From: Waterburya sp.
GTDB taxonomy: Bacteria > Cyanobacteriota > Cyanobacteriia > Cyanobacteriales > Xenococcaceae
NCBI GenBank assembly: GCA_965217895.1
Contig: CBDCJV010000002.1
Coordinates: 4,032,001-4,096,000, forward strand
Length of the DNA stretch: 64,000 nt
Direction of reading: 5' to 3'
The notes beneath the pieces are model-generated. The model did no database searches and had not been told where the DNA came from. It saw nothing but the letters and a program-made list of their open reading frames with translations. The position numbers and the translations under genes were made by a program. How positions within the stretch are numbered: the first letter of the stretch is position 1; each line of letters starts with the position of its first letter. This document shows, piece by piece, positions 29,392 through 38,434 of this stretch.

Positions 29392-31458
29392 TTATTTAGT
29401 AGGTAAATTCTTGAATAATTTTCCTACCTCAGGATTATAAACCAGCATATAGTTCCAATAATTTTCAAATACAGATTCTACATAGCCTTTGGTTTCTGAG
29501 TAAGGAATCTTCTCGACAAATTCGTCCTCATCTTTCAAACCATAGCGATTAACCCATTTTGCTACTGCATTTGGTCCAGCGTTGTAGCTAGCAACTGCCA
29601 GCATCGAGTTGTTGCCGTATTTTTTATGGGTAAAGTCGAGATAGTAAGTGCCAATATTGACGTTATCTTCAGGGTTGGTCATGGAGTAATTTGTTAAGCC
29701 AATATCTTTGGCTACGGTTTTGGCAGTAGTCGGAATTACCTGCATTAAGCCTAATGCCCCTGCGGTTGACTCAATTTCTGGTTCAAAACGGGATTCTTGA
29801 CGAATCAAAGAAGTTACCAATAAAGGATTAAGCCCACGATTTTTAGACCACTTAAGAATTGTTGATTCAAAGGGAAAGGGATATAAAGCCTGCCAATATT
29901 CAGGGGTTTGTCGTAACTGATGCCATTGTTGTTTATCTTCTGGTTTATTTTTATCCTTTAAATCCCAAATTTGATTGATACCGCGCAGATTTTTCCCTTG
30001 ATCTAGTTCGAGTAAACCCTTAGTAAATTCATCGGCGATAGTTAACTCAGTTTTACCGCTAATTTCTGTTTGAAATTGCGCCCAGGCTTGTTGTTCTAAA
30101 CCCAGTTTGTATAGTTCTTGAAAGGTTTGAGAACCTCCTGGAGGAGTAATACGATTCACTTTGACTACTTCAGGTATTTTGTGGCGCACGGTGGTAAAGT
30201 CTCCCACATCCCAACCTAAAGCTACCGCAGACCGCCAAGCATAATATGAGCGCGGAAAACGAGCTAAAACAGACTGATAAGCCTTGGTTGCGTCTTGAGG
30301 GCGATTGAGCTTTGTTGCCCACTTGGCAATCCAAAAACCTGCTTTGGGGGCAATGGGGCTGTCTGGATTATCCGTCACAATAGGCTGCGCCCATTGCCAG
30401 GCTGTAATTAAATCTCCAGCTTCAGCTTTTTTATTGGCAAAATTCCAACGGTATGACGCAGCAGCTTCAGAATGTTGATATTTAGCTAAAAGGGTTTGTA
30501 GGGCTTGGCTGGCAGATTGCCGACTTTTAAGCGCGTCCAAAAGTTCGGCTTTTTCTAATAGTGCTTCTGGTGCTTGTTCGGGAAAGTTTTGAATTGCCCG
30601 CTCAAGATAAGCCAGTCCTGCTTTTTTACTGACAATCATCGCTAAACGACGCAAGCCCAAACCTGTATCTGAGCTATTTGGGTATTGCTCAATTAGCTGT
30701 AGATAATATTGTTTTGCCGTAGCTTTATCGTTACCAATATCATATCCCCTAGCAGCACGATAGAGATTGCGGGAAGTATTTGGGGATTTAGCGTAAGCTT
30801 TGCCTGCTTTACCGTAGTCCCATTCTGCCCAGTAGCTATCGGCGATCGCCTCCCAGTCTTGAGGAGTTAATTGAGCGGTATATTCTGTGGCTAAACGATC
30901 TCTCATTTTGTCTACCCCTGGAGCATCGGGGGTATATTTGACCAAAATTGCCATTAGCTTCGGTTGATTGGGATTTTGACTCAACTGCTGGCGGATTATT
31001 TCCTGGGTACGGGGATGAGCGGGAAATTTAGCGATCGCCTGTTGCCAGTAAGCAGGATTTGATTTACCCAATTGATATAGTGCTTCTGCTGTAGCTGGGG
31101 AATTAGGATATTTATTAGCTAATTTCTGCCAGGTCGCTATTGCTTGGGATTGATTCTTTTCTAGCTCATAAGCCTTCCCTCGATCGAGTAAAATATAAGC
31201 AGCGAGTAAAGGATACTCTTGCTCTAATCCCTGTAGTTTTGCTAGTGCTTCTTTGCCATGCTGGCGATCAATTAAATTTGCTGCTAACAAAAAACTATTC
31301 TGAGTATGTTCTGAAAAATTATTAAGATCGACTACAGGTTTGGCAGCAAAAGTCTGGGTATCTTCTTGAAATACCAGAGCTTGAGATTTACAGCTTACGG
31401 TTAATACCAAACCAACACTAATTAGTAAAAAACTCTTGTAATTAAATGATTTCTGCAT
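29392..31458 (-). CDS. slt: Soluble lytic transglycosylase with TPR-like repeats (possible lipoprotein)
   Basis: IRQESRF, GALGLMQ, ASYNAGP, ETKGYV; signal peptide ending LTVSC. Confidence 0.9.
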   Translation of the reverse strand: MQKSFNYKSFLLISVGLVLTVSCKSQALVFQEDTQTFAAKPVVDLNNFSEHTQNSFLLAANLIDRQHGKEALAKLQGLEQEYPLLAAYILLDRGKAYELEKNQSQAIATWQKLANKYPNSPATAEALYQLGKSNPAYWQQAIAKFPAHPRTQEIIRQQLSQNPNQPKLMAILVKYTPDAPGVDKMRDRLATEYTAQLTPQDWEAIADSYWAEWDYGKAGKAYAKSPNTSRNLYRAARGYDIGNDKATAKQYYLQLIEQYPNSSDTGLGLRRLAMIVSKKAGLAYLERAIQNFPEQAPEALLEKAELLDALKSRQSASQALQTLLAKYQHSEAAASYRWNFANKKAEAGDLITAWQWAQPIVTDNPDSPIAPKAGFWIAKWATKLNRPQDATKAYQSVLARFPRSYYAWRSAVALGWDVGDFTTVRHKIPEVVKVNRITPPGGSQTFQELYKLGLEQQAWAQFQTEISGKTELTIADEFTKGLLELDQGKNLRGINQIWDLKDKNKPEDKQQWHQLRQTPEYWQALYPFPFESTILKWSKNRGLNPLLVTSLIRQESRFEPEIESTAGALGLMQVIPTTAKTVAKDIGLTNYSMTNPEDNVNIGTYYLDFTHKKYGNNSMLAVASYNAGPNAVAKWVNRYGLKDEDEFVEKIPYSETKGYVESVFENYWNYMLVYNPEVGKLFKNLPTK

Positions 31459-31682
31459 ATTAGTTAATCAGTAAGATGAGTGTGGGCTGGTATTTTAATT
31501 ATTCCCCTGGAATATTTTTTCTTGACATCTAAAAATTAACTTATGACAATTCTTAATTGACATATATGCAAGCAACAGTAATTTAGATACTTAAATAAAG
31601 TACGGAGATATTAATATTTTAGTTCCTGAAATTTCCTAACTGTAAGTAAAGATGCCAAAACTAAGGCTTAACTAGACCAAAC

Positions 31683-31716
31683 GGCGTAGCGCAGCAATGC
31701 CGTAAGGCTTATCGCC
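31683..31716. repeat. Small dispersed repeat interrupting a HIP1 site
   Basis: GGCG[TAGCGCAGCAATGCCGTAAGGCTT]ATCGCC with an internal GCC-GTAA-GGC hairpin. Confidence 0.55.
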
Positions 31717-31852
31717 AAAAAAGCAAATATTCGTTTGATGTACACTAGAGCTGATGTCAAATAAAAGAATAGTACATCTTTAATTAAGTTTTGCCCATAT
31801 TCTATTAGGGCTTGATACGCTGGTTAATTTAGAAGATTCAAGCTCAATTGCA

Positions 31853-32473
31853 ATGGAAGAGTTTAAAAAACAGATTGAGCAAATTAATCAAATTCTTTTT
31901 CAGCTTAATTTGGACAAGAACATTAATCCAGATAATTTATTACAAAAATCATCTGGTCTAAAGCGAATTGGAAGTCTTTTAATCGATGCAGCAAATAAAT
32001 ATCAAGAATCTTTTTCTGAAACTTTTTTACAACAAGTCAAATACTGGGGACTATGGTTTGAGGGTACTGGAAAAGAATATGCAATTCATGCTTGTCATAA
32101 ACGAGTATCAAAGCCTTCAAAACAAGATATAATTCAGCTTTTAGAACTAATTACAGATTTTGTTGAGAATCATTGGCAAACTCATCCAACAAAAATTCTT
32201 GAGCGAGAAGATGATGCTTTGCTAATAGCTGAAGCTGAGAAGTATGATATATCTGGTGAAATTATGTCAGATAGACTTCAAGAAGTAACTCAAGAGCTTA
32301 TTCAATCTGTTTTAATAGCAGCAGATAAAGTAAGACTAAAAAAACTTAAAGACTCCTCAAAAAGTGTCAAACAGGTAATGGAATGGATGGTAAATACTCC
32401 CAAGTGGCAGGGTGATAATTTAGAATCTTGTCTTGAAATTGTCAAAAACAGCAGAATTCAGGCAGAGTTTTGA
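31853..32473 (+). CDS. Hypothetical protein, putative antitoxin
   Basis: C-terminal W.GD.LE.CL..V...R..AEF motif like short ORFs preceding cyanobacterial PIN genes; stop overlaps the TTG of the PIN gene. Confidence 0.6.
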   Translation: MEEFKKQIEQINQILFQLNLDKNINPDNLLQKSSGLKRIGSLLIDAANKYQESFSETFLQQVKYWGLWFEGTGKEYAIHACHKRVSKPSKQDIIQLLELITDFVENHWQTHPTKILEREDDALLIAEAEKYDISGEIMSDRLQEVTQELIQSVLIAADKVRLKKLKDSSKSVKQVMEWMVNTPKWQGDNLESCLEIVKNSRIQAEF

Positions 32474-32924
32474 AAATATACCTACTAGATACTAATCAAT
32501 GTAGTCAAATTATCAACAATAATCCACAAATACTATACAAGTTAACTACTCTCAATCAAGATGATATCCTCGCAACAAGTGTGATAGTGTGCGGTGAATT
32601 AATGTACATGGCTTAGAAATCTACAAGAAAAAGCGAAAACTTATTGATTGTCAGGTCTTTTCTATCAATATCAATAGCGGTGATATTGATAGAAAAGTTT
32701 TTGATACTTACGCTTTAATAAAGGCAAAAATATTTGATAAATTTGCACCTAAAGACAAAAAGCGAAAAAGAAAATACAAGCTAGAAAATATAGGATTTAC
32801 TGAGAATGATCTATGGATTGCAGCTACGGGAATTGCCTATAATGCTAGTATTATATCGTCAGATAGCGACTTTCAAAGAATGCTTGATGTAGTTGAATTT
32901 CAACTAGAATTTTGGACTGAATAA
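32470..32924 (+). pseudogene. vapC: VapC/PIN toxin pseudogene
   Basis: KIYLLDTN...GEL.YMA then TAG at 32614-32616, frameshift near 32665-32675, then GFTENDLWIAA...SSDSDF...LEFWTE stop. Confidence 0.85.
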
Positions 32925-33034
32925 TAAAGTTTTTAATGGTGTTGGGTCGCCTAAATCAATTTATCCTGTCTACTAGTTTTAAGCAGTATACTAGTTGTCT
33001 TCTTATTACCAAACAATATGATAGGTTAGAGCAA

Positions 33035-33049
33035 CTGTATACAGCATAC
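33035..33049. promoter_or_regulatory. Candidate GntR operator upstream of the amidohydrolase
   Basis: CTGTATACAGCATAC, matching GTATACAGTATAC upstream of the GntR gene at 12 of 13 positions. Confidence 0.5.
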
Positions 33050-33074
33050 TTATTTACCTTCGGCTGCTTAACCT

Positions 33075-34328
33075 ATGAAATCGACAACTACGGCTCAACT
33101 ACTAGTAAATGGCGATCGCCTGAATCAAAGTATTACTAGCTTAGCAAGCATTGGTCAACTAGCTAACGGTGGTGTAAAACGTATTGCCTATAGTCAGCAA
33201 GACATTGAAGCTCGAAATTTAATCCAGCACTGGATGAAAGAACTTGAGATGGAGGTGAAAATTGATGCAGCAGGCAATATTATTGGTATATATCCTGGTA
33301 AAAATACTAATATACCAGCTTTAGCCACAGGTTCTCATATTGATACTGTTCCCTGTGGTGGGCATTATGATGGTGCTTATGGGGTTTTAGCGGGATTAGA
33401 AGTAGTGCAGATGCTTCAAGAGAATCAGATTAGGCTCAATCGCTCAATAGAAGTGATTGTCTTTACTGATGAAGAAGGGAGTATGATCGGTTCTAAATCA
33501 ATTTCAGGCAGAACAATTCAAGATCCTGAGTACTATCGTCGTCCTGATGGTACAGATATTCAAACCTGTTTAGCTAGAGTTGGTGGTAACTGGGATAATA
33601 TTGACCAAGCCCGTCGTAGCACCAAAGATTTAGCTGCATTTGTCGAGCTTCATGTAGAACAAGGGCCTGTCTTAGAGTCTATGGGCAAACAAATCGGCGT
33701 AGTTGAAGGTATAGTCGGACAAAGACGCTTTAATATCACTGTCAAAGGTAGTGCTAATCATGCTGGGACAACGCCGATGCAGATGCGCTGTGATGCTTTA
33801 GTTGCTTCTTCTCAGGTAGTTTTAGCTGTCAATAAAATTGGCAATACTCCTGGTCAACAGGTAGCTACTGTCGGCAAAATGGACGTGCTGCCCAATGCAG
33901 CTAATGTTGTTCCTGGTTGGGTCGAAATGAGCCTGGATATTCGTGACTTATCTAGTCTGCATATAAATACTCTACTAGAACAGCTACGCATCCATCTAGA
34001 AGAAATTGCCGTTGCTACTAATACCCAAATTCGCTTAAATCCTTGTCTTCACAACGAACCAGCTTTAGCCGAACCCTATATCCAAAAAGCGATCGCCCAA
34101 GCTTGTGAAAATCTCAACCTCAGTTATACTTATTTACCTAGTCGCGCCAGCCATGATGCTCAAGAATTAGCTCAAATTACCGATATGGGGATGATTTTTG
34201 TTCCCAGCAAAATGGGAGTTTCTCATGATGCTGACGAATATACCTCCCCCGAACAATGTACGCAAGGAGCAAATGTTTTGTTACAGACATTAATTCAGTT
34301 AGATTTAGAACTATCATCGAAAAAATAG
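33075..34328 (+). CDS. Zn-dependent M20 amidohydrolase (allantoate amidohydrolase / N-carbamoyl-L-amino acid hydrolase family)
   Basis: GSHIDTV..GG.YDG, DEEG, ELHVEQG, NHAGTTPM, ASHDA. Confidence 0.92.
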   Translation: MKSTTTAQLLVNGDRLNQSITSLASIGQLANGGVKRIAYSQQDIEARNLIQHWMKELEMEVKIDAAGNIIGIYPGKNTNIPALATGSHIDTVPCGGHYDGAYGVLAGLEVVQMLQENQIRLNRSIEVIVFTDEEGSMIGSKSISGRTIQDPEYYRRPDGTDIQTCLARVGGNWDNIDQARRSTKDLAAFVELHVEQGPVLESMGKQIGVVEGIVGQRRFNITVKGSANHAGTTPMQMRCDALVASSQVVLAVNKIGNTPGQQVATVGKMDVLPNAANVVPGWVEMSLDIRDLSSLHINTLLEQLRIHLEEIAVATNTQIRLNPCLHNEPALAEPYIQKAIAQACENLNLSYTYLPSRASHDAQELAQITDMGMIFVPSKMGVSHDADEYTSPEQCTQGANVLLQTLIQLDLELSSKK

Positions 34329-34505
34329 ACTTCTTGCATAAATCAAAAATATTAGCTAAGAATAAAGTCAGAAGTCAAAAGTATTTAGATCCAACCAAGT
34401 CCGTAAGTCTATGCCTACTAAAAGTTTGCGAGGTAAAATTAAAAACTTCCCCGTTAAAACTGCGGTCAGGACGGCAAAAAGTGCTTAATAATTACTGATA
34501 TTTAT

Positions 34506-34564
34506 GGTGGGCAAAAAGTTAATCTTTAAATTGCTACAAATTTATTTTTCCTTGCCTACCCTAC
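34506..34564. repeat. REP-like inverted pair
   Basis: GGTGGGCAA (34506-34514) and TTGCCTACCCTAC (34552-34564) between convergent genes. Confidence 0.5.
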
Positions 34565-34580
34565 TATTACTGACGATTGT

Positions 34581-34985
34581 TCATTGTTCATTGTTCAATG
34601 ATTTATAAGCTGCCCAGCCACCTAGATCGGAAATATCGGGCCAGTTATGTTTCTCGATTAACTCTTGAGGATAGAGCATAGCGATCGCCGTTTCCTTTCC
34701 TTCCAAATTCACTGTCTCTGGATACATATGAGGAGGTTCGTTTGCCAGCAGATATTCATACTGTTCGGTTGTCATTTCATAAATCTCCCCAGGAATGGCA
34801 ATTCCGCCTGTTTCGGTAGCATAAATAGCAGGATGCCAGCCGTCTTCTGCTGCATGAAGACGATATTGAGGAAGGGTTTTAGTGGTTTTGATGAACTTTG
34901 CCGACTGGAGATTTTGATGGTCTGGTTGTCCTTTTAAAGCTGAACCACAGATAAAAACTCGCTTGATACCTGATGCTGTTGTCAT
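34581..34985 (-). CDS. Gamma-glutamylcyclotransferase-like protein (allophanate hydrolase C-domain-like)
   Basis: VFICGSALKG, T.PQYRL, GEIYE, EPP, DISDLGGWAAY. Confidence 0.8.
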   Translation of the reverse strand: MTTASGIKRVFICGSALKGQPDHQNLQSAKFIKTTKTLPQYRLHAAEDGWHPAIYATETGGIAIPGEIYEMTTEQYEYLLANEPPHMYPETVNLEGKETAIAMLYPQELIEKHNWPDISDLGGWAAYKSLNNEQ

Positions 34986-34993
34986 GATGTTAT

Positions 34994-35683
34994 TTAAATG
35001 GATGTAATTTCTGAGTTGTTGATCGCCTCTAATTCACGCACTACCCTAGCTTTGCTGGCAATTAAGTGTTCTTTAATAGTTGCTTGGGCTAAATCTGAGT
35101 TTTTTTCGGCGATCGCCTGATAAACTTGTCTATGTTCTAAGCGAATTTCTAAAACTTGAGGATTGTGTTTAGTAGTTTGCACTCTTAAAAGTGACATTTG
35201 GTCAAAAACCTGTTCCAGCAAGGTTAACAGCCACTTATTACCCGAACTTTCGACAATGAGATGATGAAATTGATAATCTATTTCCAGAAGTTTCAAGCTA
35301 TCAGCTTTATTAGACGGATGTGCTAACTTTTCTGCCAACAGCACATATTTTTCTAGCTGCTTTAGCTGCTTTAGGGTAATTTGCTCGCAAGCACTGACAA
35401 TGGCAAGTTGTTCTAAAGCTAGACGACAATCATAAAGCTGAACTGCGTCTTGAACAGAAAGGGTAGCAACTCTTAAGCTACCTGTAGAATTAGCTACTAT
35501 CAATTTTTCCTGCTGCAACTGACCAATTGCTTCGCGAACAGGGGTACGGCTAACCTGTAATTGTTTGGCTAGACTTGTTTCAACTATTCGTTCTCCTGAA
35601 GCCAAATCTCCTTTGAGGATAATTTGTCTTAGTACTTGATATACTTGCTGTCGTAAGGACTGGTTTTTTTCAATAGCAATCAT
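34994..35683 (-). CDS. GntR-family regulator with FCD domain
   Basis: LQVSRTPVREA helix-turn-helix; DYQFH...SGN...EH FCD pattern. Confidence 0.92.
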   Translation of the reverse strand: MIAIEKNQSLRQQVYQVLRQIILKGDLASGERIVETSLAKQLQVSRTPVREAIGQLQQEKLIVANSTGSLRVATLSVQDAVQLYDCRLALEQLAIVSACEQITLKQLKQLEKYVLLAEKLAHPSNKADSLKLLEIDYQFHHLIVESSGNKWLLTLLEQVFDQMSLLRVQTTKHNPQVLEIRLEHRQVYQAIAEKNSDLAQATIKEHLIASKARVVRELEAINNSEITSI

Positions 35684-35740
35684 AGTTTGAGTTTCAACTC
35701 ATGAGAGACTACTAATTATTTAGATGAATTACAAAGTCAA

Positions 35741-35753
35741 GTATACAGTATAC
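35741..35753. promoter_or_regulatory. Candidate GntR autoregulatory operator
   Basis: GTATACAGTATAC (two GTATAC palindromes) 58-70 bp upstream of the GntR start. Confidence 0.5.
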
Positions 35754-35796
35754 GATATTAAACTGTGACTTTATGGCTTGAAATTATGAAAAATAC

Positions 35797-35818
35797 CTTT
35801 TACATCTTGATGTAAAAG
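35797..35818. promoter_or_regulatory. 22-bp palindrome in the divergent intergenic region
   Basis: CTTTTACATC-TT-GATGTAAAAG. Confidence 0.45.
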
Positions 35819-35938
35819 CATAATAATAGTATTTTAATTGAACGTATCATAAGAGTTTTGGCAGCAGCAACTATTTTAGGTTAGTTTTTGTCCTAAAATT
35901 AATTTTAATAATATCTAAACATCAACAAAATTTTAATT

Positions 35939-36520
35939 ATGGTAAAAACTGCTTCGACAATGCTGGCTTTAGGGACTGCTGCACCTGAGTTTGAGCTTCA
36001 GGATGTAGTGTCTGGTAAAGCTGTTTCTTTAACGGACTTTAGCGATCGCCAAGCTTTGCTATTAATGTTTATTTGCCAGCATTGTCCTTTTGTCAAGCAC
36101 GTACAGAATGAATTAGGGCGCATCGGTCAAGACTACGACCAGCAACCTTTAGGCATTGTAGCAATTAGTGCTAATGATGTAGCAAATTATCCTCAAGATG
36201 CTCCCCAGAAGTTAAAGCAAATGGCGCAAGAATTAAACTTCAACTTTCCTGTTTGCTACGACGAAAGCCAAGAGGTAAGTAAAGCCTATACTGCTGCCTG
36301 TACTCCTGACTTCTTTTTATTTGATGCAGATGGTAAACTGGCATATCGTGGTCAATTAGATGATAGTCGCCCTAGTACCAACATTCCCGTTACGGGCAAG
36401 GATTTACGTCAGGCGATCGATACCTTGCTAAACGGTAAGACGGTCGATTTTGAACAAAAACCTAGCATTGGCTGCAATATTAAGTGGAAACCAGGTAACG
36501 AGCCAAAGTATTTTAGCTGA
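35939..36520 (+). CDS. AhpC/TSA-like thioredoxin family protein
   Basis: FICQHCPFV, AACTPDFFLF, YRGQLDDSRP, SIGCNIKW. Confidence 0.92.
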   Translation: MVKTASTMLALGTAAPEFELQDVVSGKAVSLTDFSDRQALLLMFICQHCPFVKHVQNELGRIGQDYDQQPLGIVAISANDVANYPQDAPQKLKQMAQELNFNFPVCYDESQEVSKAYTAACTPDFFLFDADGKLAYRGQLDDSRPSTNIPVTGKDLRQAIDTLLNGKTVDFEQKPSIGCNIKWKPGNEPKYFS

Positions 36521-36705
36521 AAGCAACTGATTAACTCTTAAGAAACAAATTATCAGTTGAGGCTGGCTAAGGGGAAATTGTTTCTTCCTGACATTAAAAA
36601 TCAAAATTTTTCGGACGCTGATGTTACGCACTAGTCAATTTATAAAAACTGGTAAAAAGTCTCCTAAAGGATTTTAAAAAATGAGCTTCCAGATGATGGC
36701 TCTAA

Positions 36706-36760
36706 GCTTGCACGTTCCCTTGAATGTCTTTAAGGGATTGCTTGCGGGTGCATTCCGCAC
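36706..36760. repeat. GC-rich small dispersed palindromic repeat cluster
   Basis: TCCCTT...AAGGGA and TGCGG-GTGCATT-CCGCA hairpins in an AT-rich intergenic region. Confidence 0.4.
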
Positions 36761-36833
36761 TTTTAAATAAATTACCTAAATGTTTTTAACGTTAACAAGA
36801 TATTTTTTAGCTATTTGAATATTTAAAATTTAT

Positions 36834-38213
36834 ATGGAAGATACAGAACCTCCAAACACTTTGTTTGTTCCTTTTTTGGGTCAGTCTAACGCTGAGCAAA
36901 TGAGCTATATTTACGATCCATATCAGCCAGGAATGATTACTAATGATACTTCTGGAGCAATTATTTTAGATCAAAAGTTGACAGCCTTGATTGAAGGCAA
37001 TGTGGTAACTAGTGATACTAGAGAAACCAATTTCGCTGTTGGCGGAAGTAAGGTCGACGGCAATGGTTATTTTCAAGATGATAGTACAGTCTGGTGGTAT
37101 CCCGATCAGGGTCAACCAGGGGGAGCTTTACGCCAGGCTGAACAAGGTTTACAAGACTGGTTATCTGTCCAAGGAGCGCAGCCAACAGACGAGATCGCCA
37201 TTGTTTGGTCTCAAGGAGAATCTGACGTAGGAGATGTTTCGAGAGAAGATCCTGTTGCTAGAGAAAAATATAAACAGTCTACTTTGGCAATTTTTGATGA
37301 TTTACGCAGTCAGCTAAATTATGCTGATGTTAAATTTTATCTTGTGCCTACAGGTCGTCTTCAGGCAGATGGAGCAGCTAATGCAGGTCTTTCTCCTCTA
37401 GAAATTGAAGCAATTAATAAAGGATTGGCAATAGTCCGTGAAGTCCAAAAGGAAATAGCCACCGAACGAGATGATGTCTTGCTGGCAACAGATTATTCTG
37501 ACCTTAATATGGTTTACGAAGAGGGTACATTATATGGTGCAAGCTACGATCTCGACTATAGTGAATGGTCTGCTGATTTTTGGCATTTAGGTCACGATGG
37601 ATTGAAGATTAATGGCGATCGCCTGGCGCAATATATTTCTCTCGATCGGGGTGAAAACAACGTTATTAGCTTTACTGATTCTTTTGGTAATCCTGCTCAG
37701 TCTACCTCGTTGGCTCGCGCTGGACTATTAGATATCAACGTTTCGGCTAATCCTAGTTTGGGGGTTATTCAGGGAACAAATAATCCTGATGTGATAGTCG
37801 GCACTTTGGCAGCCGATGTAATTGCCGGTGGAGAAGGTAATGACATAATTATGGCTAGCCAAGGAGTAGATACTTTGACAGGAGCTGCTGGAAGTGATGT
37901 TTTCTTCTTTGACCCTTTAATATATCCTGGTGTGGCTAGTAACTCTGATATAGTCACAGATTTTGAACTCCAAAGCGATCGCCTGGACGTATCAGAGCTT
38001 TTAAAGCTTACTGGCAACCCGCTAGCTGAGACTATTGCTACTCAATATATTATTGTTAATCCTCTAAGCGAGACTAGTTTGGAGATTAAGTTTGATGTTG
38101 ATGCCACAGGAGAACAGTCTGCTGAAACTTTGGCTATTTTAGAAAACGTTAGTCCTGGGGAATTTATCGCCGAAATTAGCTCTCATTTAATTGTTACGCC
38201 AACTGAATTTTAA
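36834..38213 (+). CDS. SGNH (sialate O-acetylesterase-like) domain plus RTX Ca-binding/type I secretion C-terminus
   Basis: GQSN, QGESD, DFWH; GGEGND, GVDTLTGAAGSDVF, D.VTDF...DRLDVSELL; no signal peptide. Confidence 0.75.
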   Translation: MEDTEPPNTLFVPFLGQSNAEQMSYIYDPYQPGMITNDTSGAIILDQKLTALIEGNVVTSDTRETNFAVGGSKVDGNGYFQDDSTVWWYPDQGQPGGALRQAEQGLQDWLSVQGAQPTDEIAIVWSQGESDVGDVSREDPVAREKYKQSTLAIFDDLRSQLNYADVKFYLVPTGRLQADGAANAGLSPLEIEAINKGLAIVREVQKEIATERDDVLLATDYSDLNMVYEEGTLYGASYDLDYSEWSADFWHLGHDGLKINGDRLAQYISLDRGENNVISFTDSFGNPAQSTSLARAGLLDINVSANPSLGVIQGTNNPDVIVGTLAADVIAGGEGNDIIMASQGVDTLTGAAGSDVFFFDPLIYPGVASNSDIVTDFELQSDRLDVSELLKLTGNPLAETIATQYIIVNPLSETSLEIKFDVDATGEQSAETLAILENVSPGEFIAEISSHLIVTPTEF

Positions 38214-38434
38214 ATATTAAAAAAAAATATTAAAAAAAATTTCTAAAATGTTGACGAGCGATCGCCAAATGTGATTTAATTGCAATTGAAGCTTTCATAA
38301 TGGGAATATTTGCAGTTAAGCATTAAAGTCACCACTCCCATCATAAAAAAATTTTAGCATAAAGCGCGATCGCCAAGCAAATTTAAATTTAAAAAATTTT
38401 CAGTAGTATCTTAGTACTAAAAACACTTTGTTAC

